From assembly GCA_034780895.1 (NCBI GenBank), contig JAUZTB010000017.1, positions 21,623,554-21,687,306 on the forward strand: a stretch of 63,753 bases of DNA. The letters are read 5' to 3'. Positions within the stretch are counted from its first letter, which is position 1; each line of letters starts with the position of its first letter. Under the pieces are notes generated by a model. It was not told the origin of the DNA and searched no databases. It saw only the letters and a list, made by a program, of their open reading frames with translations. Shown in pieces: positions 12,181 to 26,330 of this stretch. The position numbers were made by a program, and so were the translations under genes. Source of the DNA: Rhynchobatus australiae (taxonomy: Eukaryota).

Positions 12181-15100
12181 TCTGGTTCAAAGGAATTGCA
12201 CTGGTGTCAAAGTTACAGTCCTGTGCTCCTCCTAGTTTTTAAATGATACTCTACATACTCTCTCATTGTCTAACTAACCTCTCAATCAGAAAAGTCAGCA
12301 ATACTCTTGGNNNNNNNNNNNNNNNNNNNNNNNNNNNNNNNNNNNNNNNNNNNNNNNNNNNNNNNNNNNNNNNNNNNNNNNNNNNNNNNNNNNNNNNNNN
12401 NNNNNNNNNNNNNNNNNNNNNNNNNNNGTGACCTATTATTTGCAGAGCAGGGAAGGTAAGGATTCAAGAGGCTTTTGAAGTAGGTCAGGTTACAGCAGAC
12501 ATCTTTCACTTGCTCTAATGTGACCAGACTGACAGAGCCAAGCAGAGATGGAAAAGCCAACACTTACAAAGAGCAGGCTAGAATACTATGAAAACTGTTG
12601 GTAAGACTTGCATGTGTTTAGGTGAAGAATCCAAGGGTTGGTGGCTGTTGTAGAACTCAACCTTCCAAGAGAAGCAGAGGTGAAGAATGTCCAACTACAG
12701 TGCAATTACACTTGTTATCTCATAAATCAAATGCTACAACTTACAACATTTCCTCAAGATAGGATGAAAGAGCTATTGGTGCATAAATAGCTGCTTGTCA
12801 GAATACAGACTCATTTATAAAATGTCAGAGTCATACAGCATGGAAACAGGCCCTTCAGCCCACTGAATCCATGCTGACCATTGAGCACCAATATATAGGT
12901 GGCAGCCAGTCAACCACCTGAACCAGCTCCACCATTCAATCAAATCATGGCTGAGCTGTCCCTCAACTCCACTTGCTTACCTGTGATCTAAAGATTATGA
13001 ATCTCCATGATCATTAACAAAAACATCTAACAGAATAAAACTTGCTCTTGGATTTATTTCAAGAATGCATTCAATAGCAATTTCCTAAAACCTACATGTT
13101 GGGAAACATTGTTTGGCAGACCAGAGGTGGAGAAAGGAGGAGAGGAATGGTGCTTAATTCCAAAATGTAGTCTCAAAAACATCTAAAGCTACAGCCATAA
13201 TTCAGGTTTATCACAAGTGGTGCCAGAGTGTTTTGGGTGGTTCCAGTTTGTGGAAATTACACATTATTCCAGTGAGTATTGAATTTCATTTGCATATTGC
13301 AGCACAAAAACATCTTTCCCATCACATGATTGCTTATAAAACTGTTACTAATCACAGGCAGCCTCTGCTTTTTACAGCTGTATTTTAAATAGTCTTAATA
13401 ATGATTAAGTATCTTTTAATGAAACTTAGAATAAGCAGCCACCTGTCTTACACAGACAATCTCAGACCAGAAAACGAACAACCAACATGTCACATTATGG
13501 AGTGTCCTATGCCCTGTAAAAATACAGCAAACCACAATGTACAATATGCTATAGGCATAGTTTTCCAAGATATATATTCTACACTGTCATGATATTCTCC
13601 ACAATATCCAATGCAAGTACAAATTTATCAATAGGGAAAAGTGCTCTGCAAGACATATCATCTTACAGTGCACTTATAGAAACTTTTCACTGAAATGCAT
13701 TTGGAAAAATATGGTAAAAATGTACATTAGCATTACACATAAAAATACACACAGTGCCTAAACGAGGCCACTGCAGCATAATTTTACAGACAGAACATTT
13801 TGCTTTGATTTTTACTTGTCCCTACAACATAGGTAAAACTGGCGATATGTATTCTTGATAAGGTTGTAGTTAGGCTTCATTGTTGACCACTGAAATCCTC
13901 AAGAAGATTCTATTTTTAAGAGGAATGTACTGATTACCTTAATCACGTCTTCAAAACAGAGTGTCAAACTGGGCTAGAAAAGTGTTAATTCTAATCAACT
14001 AACTGAAGTTTATATAAACAAAATATTTTCTACCAAGGTGATAACACCATCAAGACTGCAGCTGCAAAACTGAAAGAAATAAACACATGAGCTGGAACAT
14101 CTAGATGTCTGTCCTATTGAAAAGGCTAACTGTTCAGACATATCTGCCATTCAAATGGATCAACAAAAATTAGGTAGAATCATTGGAAATTAAAGGTGTT
14201 TTTAACAGTTTACATGCCTTTGTTGAATTCACTTAGTAGCTTCTTCAATAATAATTGGGGTGGAAATTAGATGAGTATTCTGGGTACAAGCATGTGGTAA
14301 GGCGTCTGCAAGCTTAGAAAGGCCACCCCTGATACAGAGAAACATTTCTGAAAATAGGAATGTAATGCAACGCTGGCCAGATGGAAGTACATCTCAGATA
14401 TTCATGAGATATAAAGTAGCTACCAGTGTAGAAGGTGAATTTAGACAGGAACACAAAATCCAGGAGGACTGGGAAATACAGGCCCATGGGTTAATCAAAA
14501 GCTAGTGTCATCCCAGAGGAAGACAAGGCAACCAGTCATCCAGCCAACTTGAGAACAAAGGTAACTACAAGAATATAGATTTTAATTTATTCAATTGTGA
14601 GCATAGCATATACAGATTTTTATGGAGACGAATCCTATACTGTCGCCAGTTCATATCAATCTTAGAAGCTGATCTCAACTGCAATTTTGTAGTCAATCAG
14701 TTAATGCCCAGTTATCTACTTATTTGCCCTTGTAACCTTTTCTGTTTCATCATTTAACACTTTATACAAAAACCCCATGTTCCCAGAAAATTGGCCACAT
14801 CATGATGTTCTGTAATGCGAATCCATGTCATCTGCGCATGCGTCATAAAATGCAAGTTGACAAAAAAGTGTTGATTTACCTTTTTTTGCACATAAATTCT
14901 GTGCANNNNNNNNNNNNNNNNNNNNNNNNNNNNNNNNNNNNNNNNNNNNNNNNNNNNNNNNNNNNNNNNNNNNNNNNNNNNNNNNNNNNNNNNNNNNNNN
15001 NNNNNNNNNNNNNNNNNNNNNNNNNNNNNNNNNNNNNNNNNNNNNNNNNNNNNNNNNNNNNNNNNNNNNNNNNNNNNNNNNNNNNNNNNNNNNNNNNNNN

Positions 15101-16892
15101 NNNNNNNNNNNNNNNNNNNNNNNNNNNNNNNNNNNNNNNNNNNNNGATGGGAATTTCATGGTGTAAATGCTAATATAATTCAAGCCGCTTGATGTTAAAC
15201 AGTTCAGGGACTCGACATAGGCATCATTAACTCCCAGGCATAGACTGGTTGATAAACCCCAGATGGTTCTATGACGAGCTATTAAGATGAAGGAATTAAG
15301 GATTTATCTGGTACCTCTGATAAAAAAAATAATAATCTTGGCCAGAATAATTTAAAATGCACTCCCAAGATGATCTTGGGTAGGGAATTCTTGGATTTTG
15401 AAACAATACTGAAGAAATAAATATTCAAGACAACTTGGTACATGGCTTGCTGGCAAAGGTATTCCTGCATCATTTCACTGATGTTAATCACTAAAACTTG
15501 AAAATTACTATACTAACCACTGCCAGTACAGATTTATGCATACTTTGAACATATTGCCAAATATCTTATGCTTTCTCTTGCTAACTTTTAAGAATATCGC
15601 TATTATGGACTCCTACTCCTTGAGGTCACCAACTAATTCATCCATCTGACCTATCTGATTATTCATAACCAGATCCAGCAAACCAAATCTTTGCAAAACT
15701 AACATACTGCTCTGAAGAATCCCATTACCTTATCTTCATTTACCTCCTTAATTGATAAATTAATAAGTAACATCTTCTCAAATGATAATTTTGTTCTCCC
15801 CATTTGATCAGTCTATAGATTTCCTCCATACAACTTGGGTCTTGTAACCCACACTACACAAGGATTGAACACTTTGAGGTCCAATTAAGTTAGCTCTAAA
15901 TACTTCCTTTGTTTACATCAACAATGCTTCCCTGAATTAATATTACTGCTTCAAATCCTCTCCTATTTTTCTATCCCTCATAGATGTTATAACCTAATAC
16001 TATTGTTTTCCATTCTCAGTTCTATTTCCTGATTCAGGTTGGAATTCATCTAACCATTAGGCCATCCCAAAGATTGCAACACCTCGCTGTGATCATCATT
16101 TTAAAGTGGAGGATTTTCAGGAGCTGCATCCAAGAGCATCAGATCCGAGAATGGACTTTACAAATATAGAAAAATTTGGTAAGGTAGAGTGCACATTTGT
16201 AGAACCACCATTGCACATGTCGGCAAGAACTCTATCACACCACACCTTACTATACATGGTATTGCTAGGTGATTCACTGTATATTTAAAATAACTTTAAT
16301 TTTCAAAATAGACTTCATGCTGGATAGGAGTTCACTGTGTGATATGTCTAAGTAGTGAAAGTTTGTCTGCTTCTGGTGTGCTACATTGTTGTTCTTGGGA
16401 CCAAATTCCATAAAAATGAAGCCATTTAGCAAAGATACTGCAATTGTAATCTAAATGCAAGCTCTCTCAATGAGTTTCTTAGACAGCTTGGATAATAAAG
16501 ATTCTACCATACAGTTATTTTAGCATGGGAATGGAATAGGAGTACTCAGTGGATTTATAGTTTCCATTCCATCTTACATGTTCAAATGTCTCATGTTAAT
16601 CATTTTGTTCAGCATTATGATGTCTTATCATTGCCTTTAGGATGAATTGGATGTGATCTATAAATAATGTCTGTTGAACTTGAATCAGTACAAGCTTCTT
16701 TGCTTTCATACCTGAATACCCACAATTGTCCAAATCCAACTTTAAACAGAACAGATATATAAACTTCTATGTATAAAAATATACAAAGCCTAGGCTCATT
16801 TGAGTTATTGAGCATATCACAGCAGAAAAGGCTTTAGTATTTCCAGAACTAATTTTTTTAAGTTCATTTTTCAGGATGTGGAAACTCTTAAC

Positions 16893-17436
16893 ACTATTGC
16901 CTCCCTTAATTGTCCTTGAGAAGGCAGTAGTGAGCCAACATATTAAGCTGGTGCGGTCCTTGGGGTGAAGAGACTCTTGACATGGTGTTGGATGGGGAGT
17001 TCTATGATTTAGCAATGAAGAAACAGCAACATATTTCAAAATCCGGATTTGGAGGGGAACTTGCAGATGCTGGTGTACCCATGCACTTGCTGCACTTGTC
17101 CTTCATGGTGGTAGAGCTTGTGGGTTTGAGGGGTCCCGTCACAATAACCTAGCTGGATAACTAGAATATATTTTGTATACATTATAGTCATGGTGAAGGG
17201 AATGGATGTTCAGGGCAGTAGATGGGGAGCCAATTAAATGGCTTGCTTCCTTCTGGAATGTGATAATTTTCTTCACTGTTCTTAAAGCTGCAGTCATCCA
17301 GGTGAGTGAAGAATGTTCTCTCAAGCTTCTGACTCGGACCATGGCAATAGTGAAAACATTCTGGGATGTCAGGAGGTGAGTCAGTTGCTGCAGGATACTG
17401 AGCTCCTGCTCTTGCAATTGCAGTGTTTATCAGACA
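16893..17436 (-). mobile_element. 3' part of an older LINE (second family), interrupted by the CR1 insertion
   Basis: Reverse complement resembles 41530-42050 and 31920-32140 (e.g. ccttaattgtccttgagaagg, ggaacttgcagatgctggtgt, ggaatggatg). Confidence 0.75.
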
Positions 17437-19065
17437 GATTCTAGAGGACTGGAAAATCACAAATGTCACTCCACTCTTTAAAGAAAGGAGGGAGGCAAAA
17501 GACAGGAAATGATAGGCCAGTTAGCCTGACTTCAGTGGTTGATAAGATGTTAGAGTCCATTATTAAGGATGAGGTTTTGGGGTACTTGGAAATAAACAAT
17601 TAAATAGGCCAAAGTCAGCATGGTTTCCTTAAGAAGAGATCTTGCCTGACAAATCTGTTAAAATTCTTTGAGGAAGTAACAAGCAGGATAGACAAAGGCG
17701 AGTCAGTGGATGTTGTTTACTTGGATTTCCAGAAAGCTTTTGACAAGGTGCTGCGCATGAGGCTGTTAAACAAGATAGGAGCCCATAGTATTACAGAAAA
17801 GATACTAGCATGGATAGAAGATTGGCTGACTGGCAGAAGGCTAAGAATGGGAATAAAGGGGGCCTTTTTTAGTTGGCTAGTGGTGTTCCCCAGTGCTGGG
17901 TCCGCTACTTTTCATGTTATGTGTTAATGATCTGGATGATGGAATTGATGGCTTTGTGGCAGAGTTTGCGGATGATACAAAGTTAAGTGGAGGGGCAGGT
18001 GGTGCTGAGGAAGCAGAGGGGCTGCAGAAGAAATTGAACAAATTGGGAAAATGGACAAAGAAATGGTAAATGGAATCCAGCGTAGGGAAGTGTACGGTCA
18101 TGCACTTTAGTAGAAGGAATAAAGGTGTAGACTATTTCCTAAATGGGGAGACAATTCAGAAATCAGAGGTGCAAAGGGACTTGGGGGTCCTAGTGCAGGA
18201 TTCCCCAAAGGTTAACTTGAAGGTTCAGTCAGTAGTAAGGAAGACAAATGGAATGTTAGCATTCATTTAGAGAGGGCTAGAATATAAAAGCATTATATCC
18301 TGGGCTAAGGATGTAATGTTGAGGATTTATAAGACATTAGTCAGATCATAGTTGGAGAGCAGTTTTGGGCCCCATATCCAAGGAAGGATGTGCTGGCATT
18401 GGAGAGGGTCCTGAGGTGGTATACGAGAATGGTCCCAGGCATGAAAGGGTTAACATACGAGAAGTGTTTGTTGGTTCTGGGCCTGTACTTGCTGGAGTTT
18501 AGAAGGATGAGGGGGGGATCTCATTGAAACCTACCAAATATTGAAAGGCCTAGAGAGTGGACANNNNNNNNNNNNNNNNNNNNNNNNNNNNNNNNNNNNN
18601 NNNNNNNNNNNNNNNNNNNNNNNNNNNNNNNNNNNNNNNNNNNNNNNNNNNNNNNNNNNNNNNGCTGGAGTTTAGAAGGATGAGGGGGGGATCTCATTGA
18701 AACCTACCAAATATTGCAAGGCCTAGAGAGTGGACATGGAGACTATGTTTCCAGTAGTGGGAGAGTCCAGAACCAAAGGGCACAGCCTCAGAATAGGAGG
18801 TCCCTTTAAAACAGAGATGGAGGAGGAATTTCTTTAGCCTAAGTAGTGAATCTGTGGAATTCATTGCCACAGACGGCTGTGGAGGCCAAGTCATTGGGTA
18901 TTTTTTTTTAAAGTGGAGGTTGATAGGTTCTTGATTAGTAAGGGTGTGAAAGGTTACGGGGAGAAGGCATGAGAATGGGGTTGACAGGGAAAAGTAATTC
19001 AGCGTGATCAAATGGCAGAGCAGACTCAATGGGCCGAATGGCCTATTTCTGCTCCCATATCTTGA
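17437..19065 (+). mobile_element. 5'-truncated CR1-clade (HER1-like) LINE with decayed reverse transcriptase and 3' tail
   Basis: Translates to EDWKITNVTPLFK, SQHGF, DVVYLDFQKAFDKV, FADDTK, KCTVMHF, RDLGVLV with stops/frameshifts; 3' end ATGGGCCGAATGGCCT..TTCTGCTCC. Gap at 18564-18663. Confidence 0.92.
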
Positions 19066-19079
19066 TTCTGATTTTTTTC

Positions 19080-19770
19080 TGACTCCCATGAAGTTGATGA
19101 TAGTTATACCACTGACCATCAAGGGCTAGCAATTAGACTCTTGTTGAAAATGGTGATGCTATGCATTTGTGCAGTGCAAATGCTACTTCTCTCATACGAG
19201 TCCTTGCTTGAATATTCTCTGGGTCCTGCTACATGCTGGCTTAAACTATGTCCCCTTCTAAGAGGTTGCAAACAGATTTGAACATTGCACAATCATCATT
19301 TCACATCCCTGCATGATCCAACAATGGAAGGAATGTTATTGATGATACTGAGCCCAGGACACTGCCAATGAGGAACCCCTGAAACATTGTCCTTATTACA
19401 GCACTGAAATGATTGATCCCTAACAATCACAAGCATCTTTCTTTGTGCAAGTTTTGGCTCCAACCATCAGTTCTACCAGGGCTCCTTGATGTCAAATATC
19501 AATAATATATTCACACCTCACCTCTGAAAATCAGCTCTTTGATGTATATTTGTGATGAGGTCTAGAACTAGGTGACCTGGCAAAATTGCGCATAGATGAG
19601 CAGATTATTGATGAGTAAGTGCCACTTGATTGCACTGTATACCACATCTTCCATCATTTTGTTGATCATTGAGAGTAAAGCGATGGAACAGTAATTGGCT
19701 GGATTGAATGCGTCTCTCTTTTTTGTTGACAGAACATACTTTTTGTTTGGGCAATTTTTAACAGTTAGGT
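19080..19770 (-). mobile_element. RT-coding part of the same older LINE
   Basis: ORF 19568-19786 reads NPANYCSIALLSMINKMME...LLINNLLIYAQF, a decayed NYRPISLLS..K..E...QFGF non-LTR RT motif. Confidence 0.8.
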
Positions 19771-19810
19771 GGAAGGCATTACTCACTAATGTTGCTGATA
19801 GTTATATATT

Positions 19811-20553
19811 TGTGTACAGTTCTGGTCACCTACCTACAGGAAAGATATCAATAAGCTTGAAAGAGTGCAGAGAAAATTTATAAGGATGNNNNNNNNNNNN
19901 NNNNNNNNNNNNNNNNNNNNNNNNNNNNNNNNNNNNNNNNNNNNNNNNNNNNNNNNNNNNNNNNNNNNNNNNNNNNNNNNNNNNNNNNNNNNNNNNNNNN
20001 NNNNNNNNNNNNNNNNNNNNNNNNNNNNNNNNNNNNNNNNNNNNNNNNNNNNNNNNNNNNNNNNNNNNNNNNNNNNNNNNNNNNNNNNNNNNNNNNNNNN
20101 NNNNNNNNNNNNNNNNNNNNNNNNNNNNNNNNNNNNNNNNNNNNNNNNNNNNNNNNNNNNNNNNNNNNNNNNNNNNNNNNNNNNNNNNNNNNNNNNNNNN
20201 NNNNNNNNNNNNNNNNNNNNNNNNNNNNNNNNNNNNNNNNNNNNNNNNNNNNNNNNNNNNNNNNNNNNNNNNNNNNNNNNNNNNNNNNNNNNNNNNNNNN
20301 NNNNNNNNNNNNNNNNNNNNNNNNNNNNNNNNNNNNNNNNNNNNNNNNNNNNNNNNNNNNNNNNNNNNNNNNNNNNNNNNNNGTGCAGTTCTGGTCACCT
20401 ACCTACAGGAAAGATATCAATAAGCTTGAAAGAGTGCAGAGAAAATTTATAAGGATGTTGCCAGGACTTAAGGATCTGAGTTATAGGAAAACGTTGAATA
20501 GGTTAAGACTTCAGTCCCTGGAGTGCAGGAGAATGAAGGGAGATCTTCTAGAG
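19811..20553 (+). mobile_element. CR1 LINE ORF2 C-terminal fragment spanning a gap
   Basis: Encodes CVQFWSPTYRKDINKLERVQRKFIRMLPGL...RLNRL, typical of CR1. Confidence 0.85.
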
Positions 20554-21177
20554 CTAAATTAGAAAGTAAGATTTGGTAATGTTGGAAACATCAAGCAAAT
20601 CATTTAATGGCCTTGAAAATATCCTGCACAACATCAAACAAACAGAATTGAGAAGATGGATATCATATTAGCTCAGTGCCCGTTTCTGGTCGTTTTACTG
20701 CCAGCCACTAACCATATGGTGGGTATTTTGGGCTGAGGTTTTCCTCTTTGCAAGCACTGCTTTCCCAGTGTCCCACTTGCCCAAATGATCTCAACAGCAG
20801 TGCAACGCCCAAAATTCATCATCAGCAAAATTTTCAACCACATTGGTCAGATCGAAGAAACAAGCCTTTGCCAATGATAAAAAGGGCAAACTAACGTTCT
20901 TTAAAGATCCAGTCATCTAAACCTGTATCATAGACTACACCACTCCACACACTTAGAGCTGGTCCTGCACACTACTCACATTGAAAACTGACCTTTCCCT
21001 GCATCATTAAATATTCAGTTGGAACCAAAGCCGACCTACAAAGCCCATTTGCCTAGACTAACACTCCTCTTCATGCATTTCCCAGGCACCACAGACACCT
21101 GTGAGGACCAAGTCACCCTGAGCCTCAACTCCATGGCTACGTGAACATTCAAGCCTGCCAATATACTATATTAGATA

Positions 21178-21428
21178 TCAAGATATTTATTTACTAGTCA
21201 CATGTACATCGAAACATACAGTGAAATGCATCTTTTTGCATTACTGAGAATGTGCTGGGGGCAGCCAGTAAGTGTCGCCACTCTTCCAGCGCCAACATAG
21301 CATGCCCACAGCTCCTAACATGGAGCCAGAGGAAACCCACACAGACACAGGGAGGATGTACAAACTCCTTACAGGCAGTGGTGGAATTGAACCCGGGTCA
21401 CTGGCGCTACACTAACCGCTACATGGTA
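21178..21428 (-). mobile_element. tRNA-derived SINE (V-SINE-like core), family A copy 1
   Basis: Closely similar to 32553-32827 and 34977-35416; B-box-like ggaattgaacccggg and core ggaaacccac..cagacac. Confidence 0.85.
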
Positions 21429-23576
21429 GTGTTATTACAGGTTTATTACACCTACTACAGCATTACTTCTCATTTCTGCACTGGGAAAGTCACTACTTTT
21501 CTACTCCACCAGATCACACCAGTTGCTTCTCCATCAGCCAATAGAATCAGGTGAGAGGTAAGGGAGAAAGGCATTTGTCTGCATTGCAGGTATGCCAGTC
21601 TGGATGGTCCTTAGAGAGAGCTCCCCAGCTGTAGCCCTGGGGATTCTGTGTCATGGAAGGCCACAGTTTCATGTTAGAAAGAACACCCTTTCCTCAGTGG
21701 AGAATTGCCTGCCCCTGTACCAAATCCTCATCCGGCCCTTTGTTTTATATATACAGCATTGACAATCCTAATCTCCATGGCCCATCCCTCTGTAGAAGAT
21801 GTGATCCTCCAGGATCTGAAGTTCTCCATCCATAACCCAGGAGCACGTTCCCTACCCTCAGAAATTACTGGTGCATCCATAAAGGAAACCACATTTTACA
21901 GGTGCTGGAGGAGTACTGGTGTCATTCTGTTGTGTCTTTAAGGATTGGCTGAAGAGCTCTCAGCTGTATCTAAATGCTGGCAACAGCAAGAAATTTGGCT
22001 AGTAAAGCCTCCCATTTCTGCAACAGAGTGGCATTGCTCAAGGGAGCCCGCTTATGCTATTTTTCAAATAGCATTGAGTTTCATTACCTTTTAAAAGCGT
22101 TTTAAAGCAATTTAGCAAGGTATCAATGCTTTAATACCCCCAACATAATGTAGCTGAATTTCTAGGCCAATTCTATAAACAAAACGGTTGTTAATAGGTC
22201 AGATGCTGACTGACTCCAGCATTTTGTGCTCATAGATATTTCTTACTATATTTGGTTGTTCTTCTCTTAGTACATTTATCTAAACAATAAATGTCATTAC
22301 AAAGAGTCATTGGGGAATTAGAAATATACTACAAAACATTCAATATGTCTAAAAAGTGTTAATATTACATATCATACTGTGATATAGCAAAATACAAATA
22401 TTATTTACTACTCAAAGTTTCAATAATTAATTTCCTCTACATTAGGGCTAATCTGCAGTTTCTTCTCTGCACATCATCACTAATAACTCAATAAATGTGA
22501 TGACCACATTTTTTTTTCCCCCATTTACTAAAATAAAAGTAAGTACTGGCTGTATTCTTCAACACACAGAGTTTGGTACAGTCCACAAAGGAGGAATGAT
22601 CAGCTGGCACCAAGTTCTGAGATGTTAAGGTTTAGCTGGGATACAATTCTCATTACAGGTGAGTTCCTACAATGATGTCTTCATACTCCAAACATGAGTT
22701 TGGGCATAAAATGGGGGTTAAATATTTTTAAAGTGCACTTGAAAACTAAAGTACAGGGAGAATAGCATGATCCATTTTACAATTACACTCACAGCTTCAT
22801 TAATGTAGACATCAAATATAAATAAATACAAAAATGACAATAAATGATATATTTTAAAATAGAGAAATAATACATCTTGACAAACATTTGCATATTTAAC
22901 AACTTATGCATACTAAACTCATTTGCAATACAAATATATTACAAACTTCCTCTCCCACAAATACCAGCCTCTCACTATATACTGTCCAAAGGCGCATGAA
23001 CAACAAATCAAATTATCAAATAATCAGATCTCTTTTGATCATAAGTGCTACATGCCTTGTTATTTGCTTTTCCTGTAAAAGGAATCTGAAAACAACACAT
23101 GATCTGCAGGCTACAAGTTATTATACTGCTGTAATAGCTACCACAAAATATCATTTCAACTAGAAATTCATTGCCTCAATAGCTGAATCAGCTTCATTAG
23201 TTAACACCTCTCCCATGGTCTGAAGCATCTTCATTTGAACAATAAAAATAATTACAAATATTGTCAGCTTCAAAATAACCATTAACATTGGTTCTAAAAG
23301 GGAAAGCGGTCTAAGATTTAAAGGCTATGTTTCTTATGCCACTTTGCAGACATTCTCAAACTAAGGTCCAGATTAATTTCATTTACTGTGGATTGGGGAA
23401 AACATGTTTTGTGCAAATTTCAGATAAATTTATAACATACAAGTTTTCTATTAATTTCATACTTTGCTTTGAATCTCAACATTGTGTCATGCATAATTGG
23501 CGCCCAATAATCCAATGGGCTGCTTGCATTTCACTGAAGTTTCTAACCTTCCTGTATCTGAAATGTGCGTACGTAC

Positions 23577-23654
23577 CTCTCCTCGTTGCTGCTTTGCCTG
23601 CCAGATTGCTGTGTTCCTCTGTAAGCCGTTGCTGGTTTCCCCACCAAGCCCCCG
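23577..23654 (-). CDS. Candidate 78-nt in-frame cassette exon of CTBP2 ((A)GAWWGNQQRLTEEHSNLAGKAATRR(G))
   Basis: tgttcttgttattttttaaag|CGGGGG...GGAGAG|gtacgt; 78 nt, phase 1-1, no stop in the CtBP2 frame, locally GC/CpG-richer than its flanks. Confidence 0.5.
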
Positions 23655-26051
23655 CTTTAAAAAATAACAAGAACATAAGGGTCCTACAATTTGACAATAT
23701 ACGTCTTTCATTGTAATTAGAAGTAAGGGGAGGGGGTAGTAGATTTTTTAAACTGTTGATTTGCACTCGTTATAAGCACCCCCTCCCCCCACACACACAC
23801 AGACAGCAAGCATGCATTTTGTTTGCTTTATTCTCATATGCTCCAGCATGCAACTTTTATGAAGCACCAACATTTAGCTGATTCAGACAGTAACTCAGAC
23901 ACTCAGTTTGGGTTGGGAAGCTATCACATATCAGGAATGTCGAAGCACTTAAATGGGAATTGTAAATTATATAAAGAAGGCATTTATATTCAAACAACAG
24001 ATTTTTAAAAAATGAATCATGTTTCAACACTTTATTTTTCCTGCACAGCAATTTAAAGTCATCATTAACAACAGGTTAACAAAACCATAACGAGTATAAC
24101 CAAAAGGATTTATTTCTAGTGGAACGGCATTCAGAAATAGTAAAGTTATGTTGCACTTGTATATAAAGTCTGGTTAGATCAAAATTTTTTTTTATGGTTC
24201 TGGCACTCTTCTTACCAAATGTAGAAACACTACAGAAACTGCAATAACAGTTATAGGGATGACAGCAGGAGGCATAACCATCAGTAAAGAATAAACGTAT
24301 CAGGGCTTCTTTGCCTGGAGCAAGAGAAGGCCGCTGGATGGCCTGAATGGAAAAAGGGGGACAGTGGTGGTGACCTGATAGAGGAAAGATACATAAGAGG
24401 TTTTTACATTGTGAGGGGAATACATAGCTAAATTAATATATACACACAAACTAGTCACAATAAATCCAATAAAGAAATCAAGAAAAACACCTTTATACAC
24501 AGAGGAGTGAGACTATGGAATCTGCACATTGGTTGAGATAAATATAGCACAGGTGCATTCAATGAAGAGCTACCTCTTTAGCCAAGTTCTTAGCCCCCTT
24601 TCCCAATAGCACCTTGTAAGGGTTGTTCTAAATGCCACTGTGAAGAAATTTGGGACATTTTATTCCAAAGGAGCTACGCAAATAGAAGTTGTTGTTGCTG
24701 CTATTCTATCCAGTGGTGGGGGTTGCAATTTCTCACCCGTTGTTCTAACATTGTAACCAGATCTGGCTCTGATTTTATGATGGTGAGGACTCTCTCTTAT
24801 GCCCAGACTTCACCAAGGCTGCTGCATCACTGCTATGAAAGAAGCTGAAAGCAGTTATCCAAACCAGATCCATGCACACATAAGCAAATACCAAAGGATA
24901 TGTTTCATTTTGAAATAACTATACAGAAAATGTTTAAACTACTTTAGCGTTCATTACAGAATGAATAGTATCAGGGACTGAAAACTGCATCCACGTGACT
25001 GCCTTCCCAGGTGGACAAAATGAGTTCTGAAATTATGGGATGAATGTACTGGGAGATTTACAAATTATTAATAGTGGGAGGGACATAAATAAGATAAAAA
25101 GATGCAATTGCTTTAAATATCTTAATAATAGCAACATCTCAATTCACAAGACTTCACATCCATCACAGCAAGCACTTTCCTAACTCTGGCTAATTACCTT
25201 TGCCCAGTAATGACACTAATGACAAACATACAAATAAAAAAAACTTTTTGAAGAACAAAATCACAGAAAAAGAACAAAATAATGACTACTGATTTTCAAA
25301 CAGCCAGCAACTCAAAAGACTCAGTAATTAGTGGGAACCTTACAGAGATCAATGATTGGACCTCTGTTGAGAAACACTTCTCTCTGTCAATGCATCCAAG
25401 GTCAGTTCACTTGCTGCCTAGGCATATGCAATTTAATTGGAGCCAATGACTGTTTTCGCTCCTGATCCAGACCCTGCTGACTGATGTGGTCTCCTCAAAC
25501 AATCTGCACCCGGACTTTCAACAAAGAATGAAAGCACAGCAGGGAAACACAGCTTTAAGTAGTCCTCAAANNNNNNNNNNNNGTGGAACAAAATAGTTTT
25601 ATCAAAAAGTAATATGCAATCAGCATTCATACAGATCTTATTTTAGTTCAGGAATCTCACTGATTAGTTTGGATCAGTGGCCAACACAGCAAGATTCCAG
25701 GCACAGCAGCAAGTTATAAATAATTGGCCAGGATTTTGAACATGCGCTCAAAGGACAAAACAAAATAAATGACTAGTACACCATTTCACCTAAAAGAATA
25801 ACACCTCAGGAAATGTCATGCTCCCTTAATAATTTCCCAGAATATAAAGTTCCAGGGCTGGACCTGAACCTATAACCTCTGACCGAGAAGTGGGATGAAG
25901 CAAACTGTACTAAACTCCTATTTTAAAAGCAAATTTTACCACTGTACAACCAGTGGGAATCAGGTTAATGTCATTGGGTGGCTATTTTAATCTGGACAGA
26001 AAGACAGCAATCTGACTGACACCTACAGGCTTCAGCTGGTATTTCTTATTT

Positions 26052-26330
26052 ATTACAGCACAGTAAGAGGCCATTCCACCCATCAGATCCATTCCAAGTC
26101 CCAGCAGAGCAATTCCATCAGTCCCATTTGCCTTTTCCCCTCACATGCCCATGAACTCCCCCTTGGCATAGCTAGTTAATAAAACAACCAAGGGGTAAGT
26201 TACAGTAGCTAATTAACCTACTAGCACATCTTTGGGATGTAGGAGGATATCAGAACACCAGCAAAGCCCACGTGATCACAGGGAGAACATGCCAATTCCA
26301 CACAAACAGGACCCCAGATCAGGATCAAAT
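26052..26330 (-). mobile_element. HE1-like V-SINE, degenerate
   Basis: ctaattaacctactagcacatctttgggatgtaggagg...cccacgtgatcacagggagaacatgc is the reverse complement of the V-SINE core. Confidence 0.7.

Noticed and set aside
19826-20452. Long ORFs containing X runs (also 12.2, 14.8, 28.6, 55.5 and 58.7 kb)
   Set aside because: Artefacts of N gaps lacking stop codons.
23487-23711. ORF MKDVYCQIVG... as the coding frame of the 23.6-kb exon
   Set aside because: Its frame meets the donor in phase 0, incompatible with the CTBP2 common exon.
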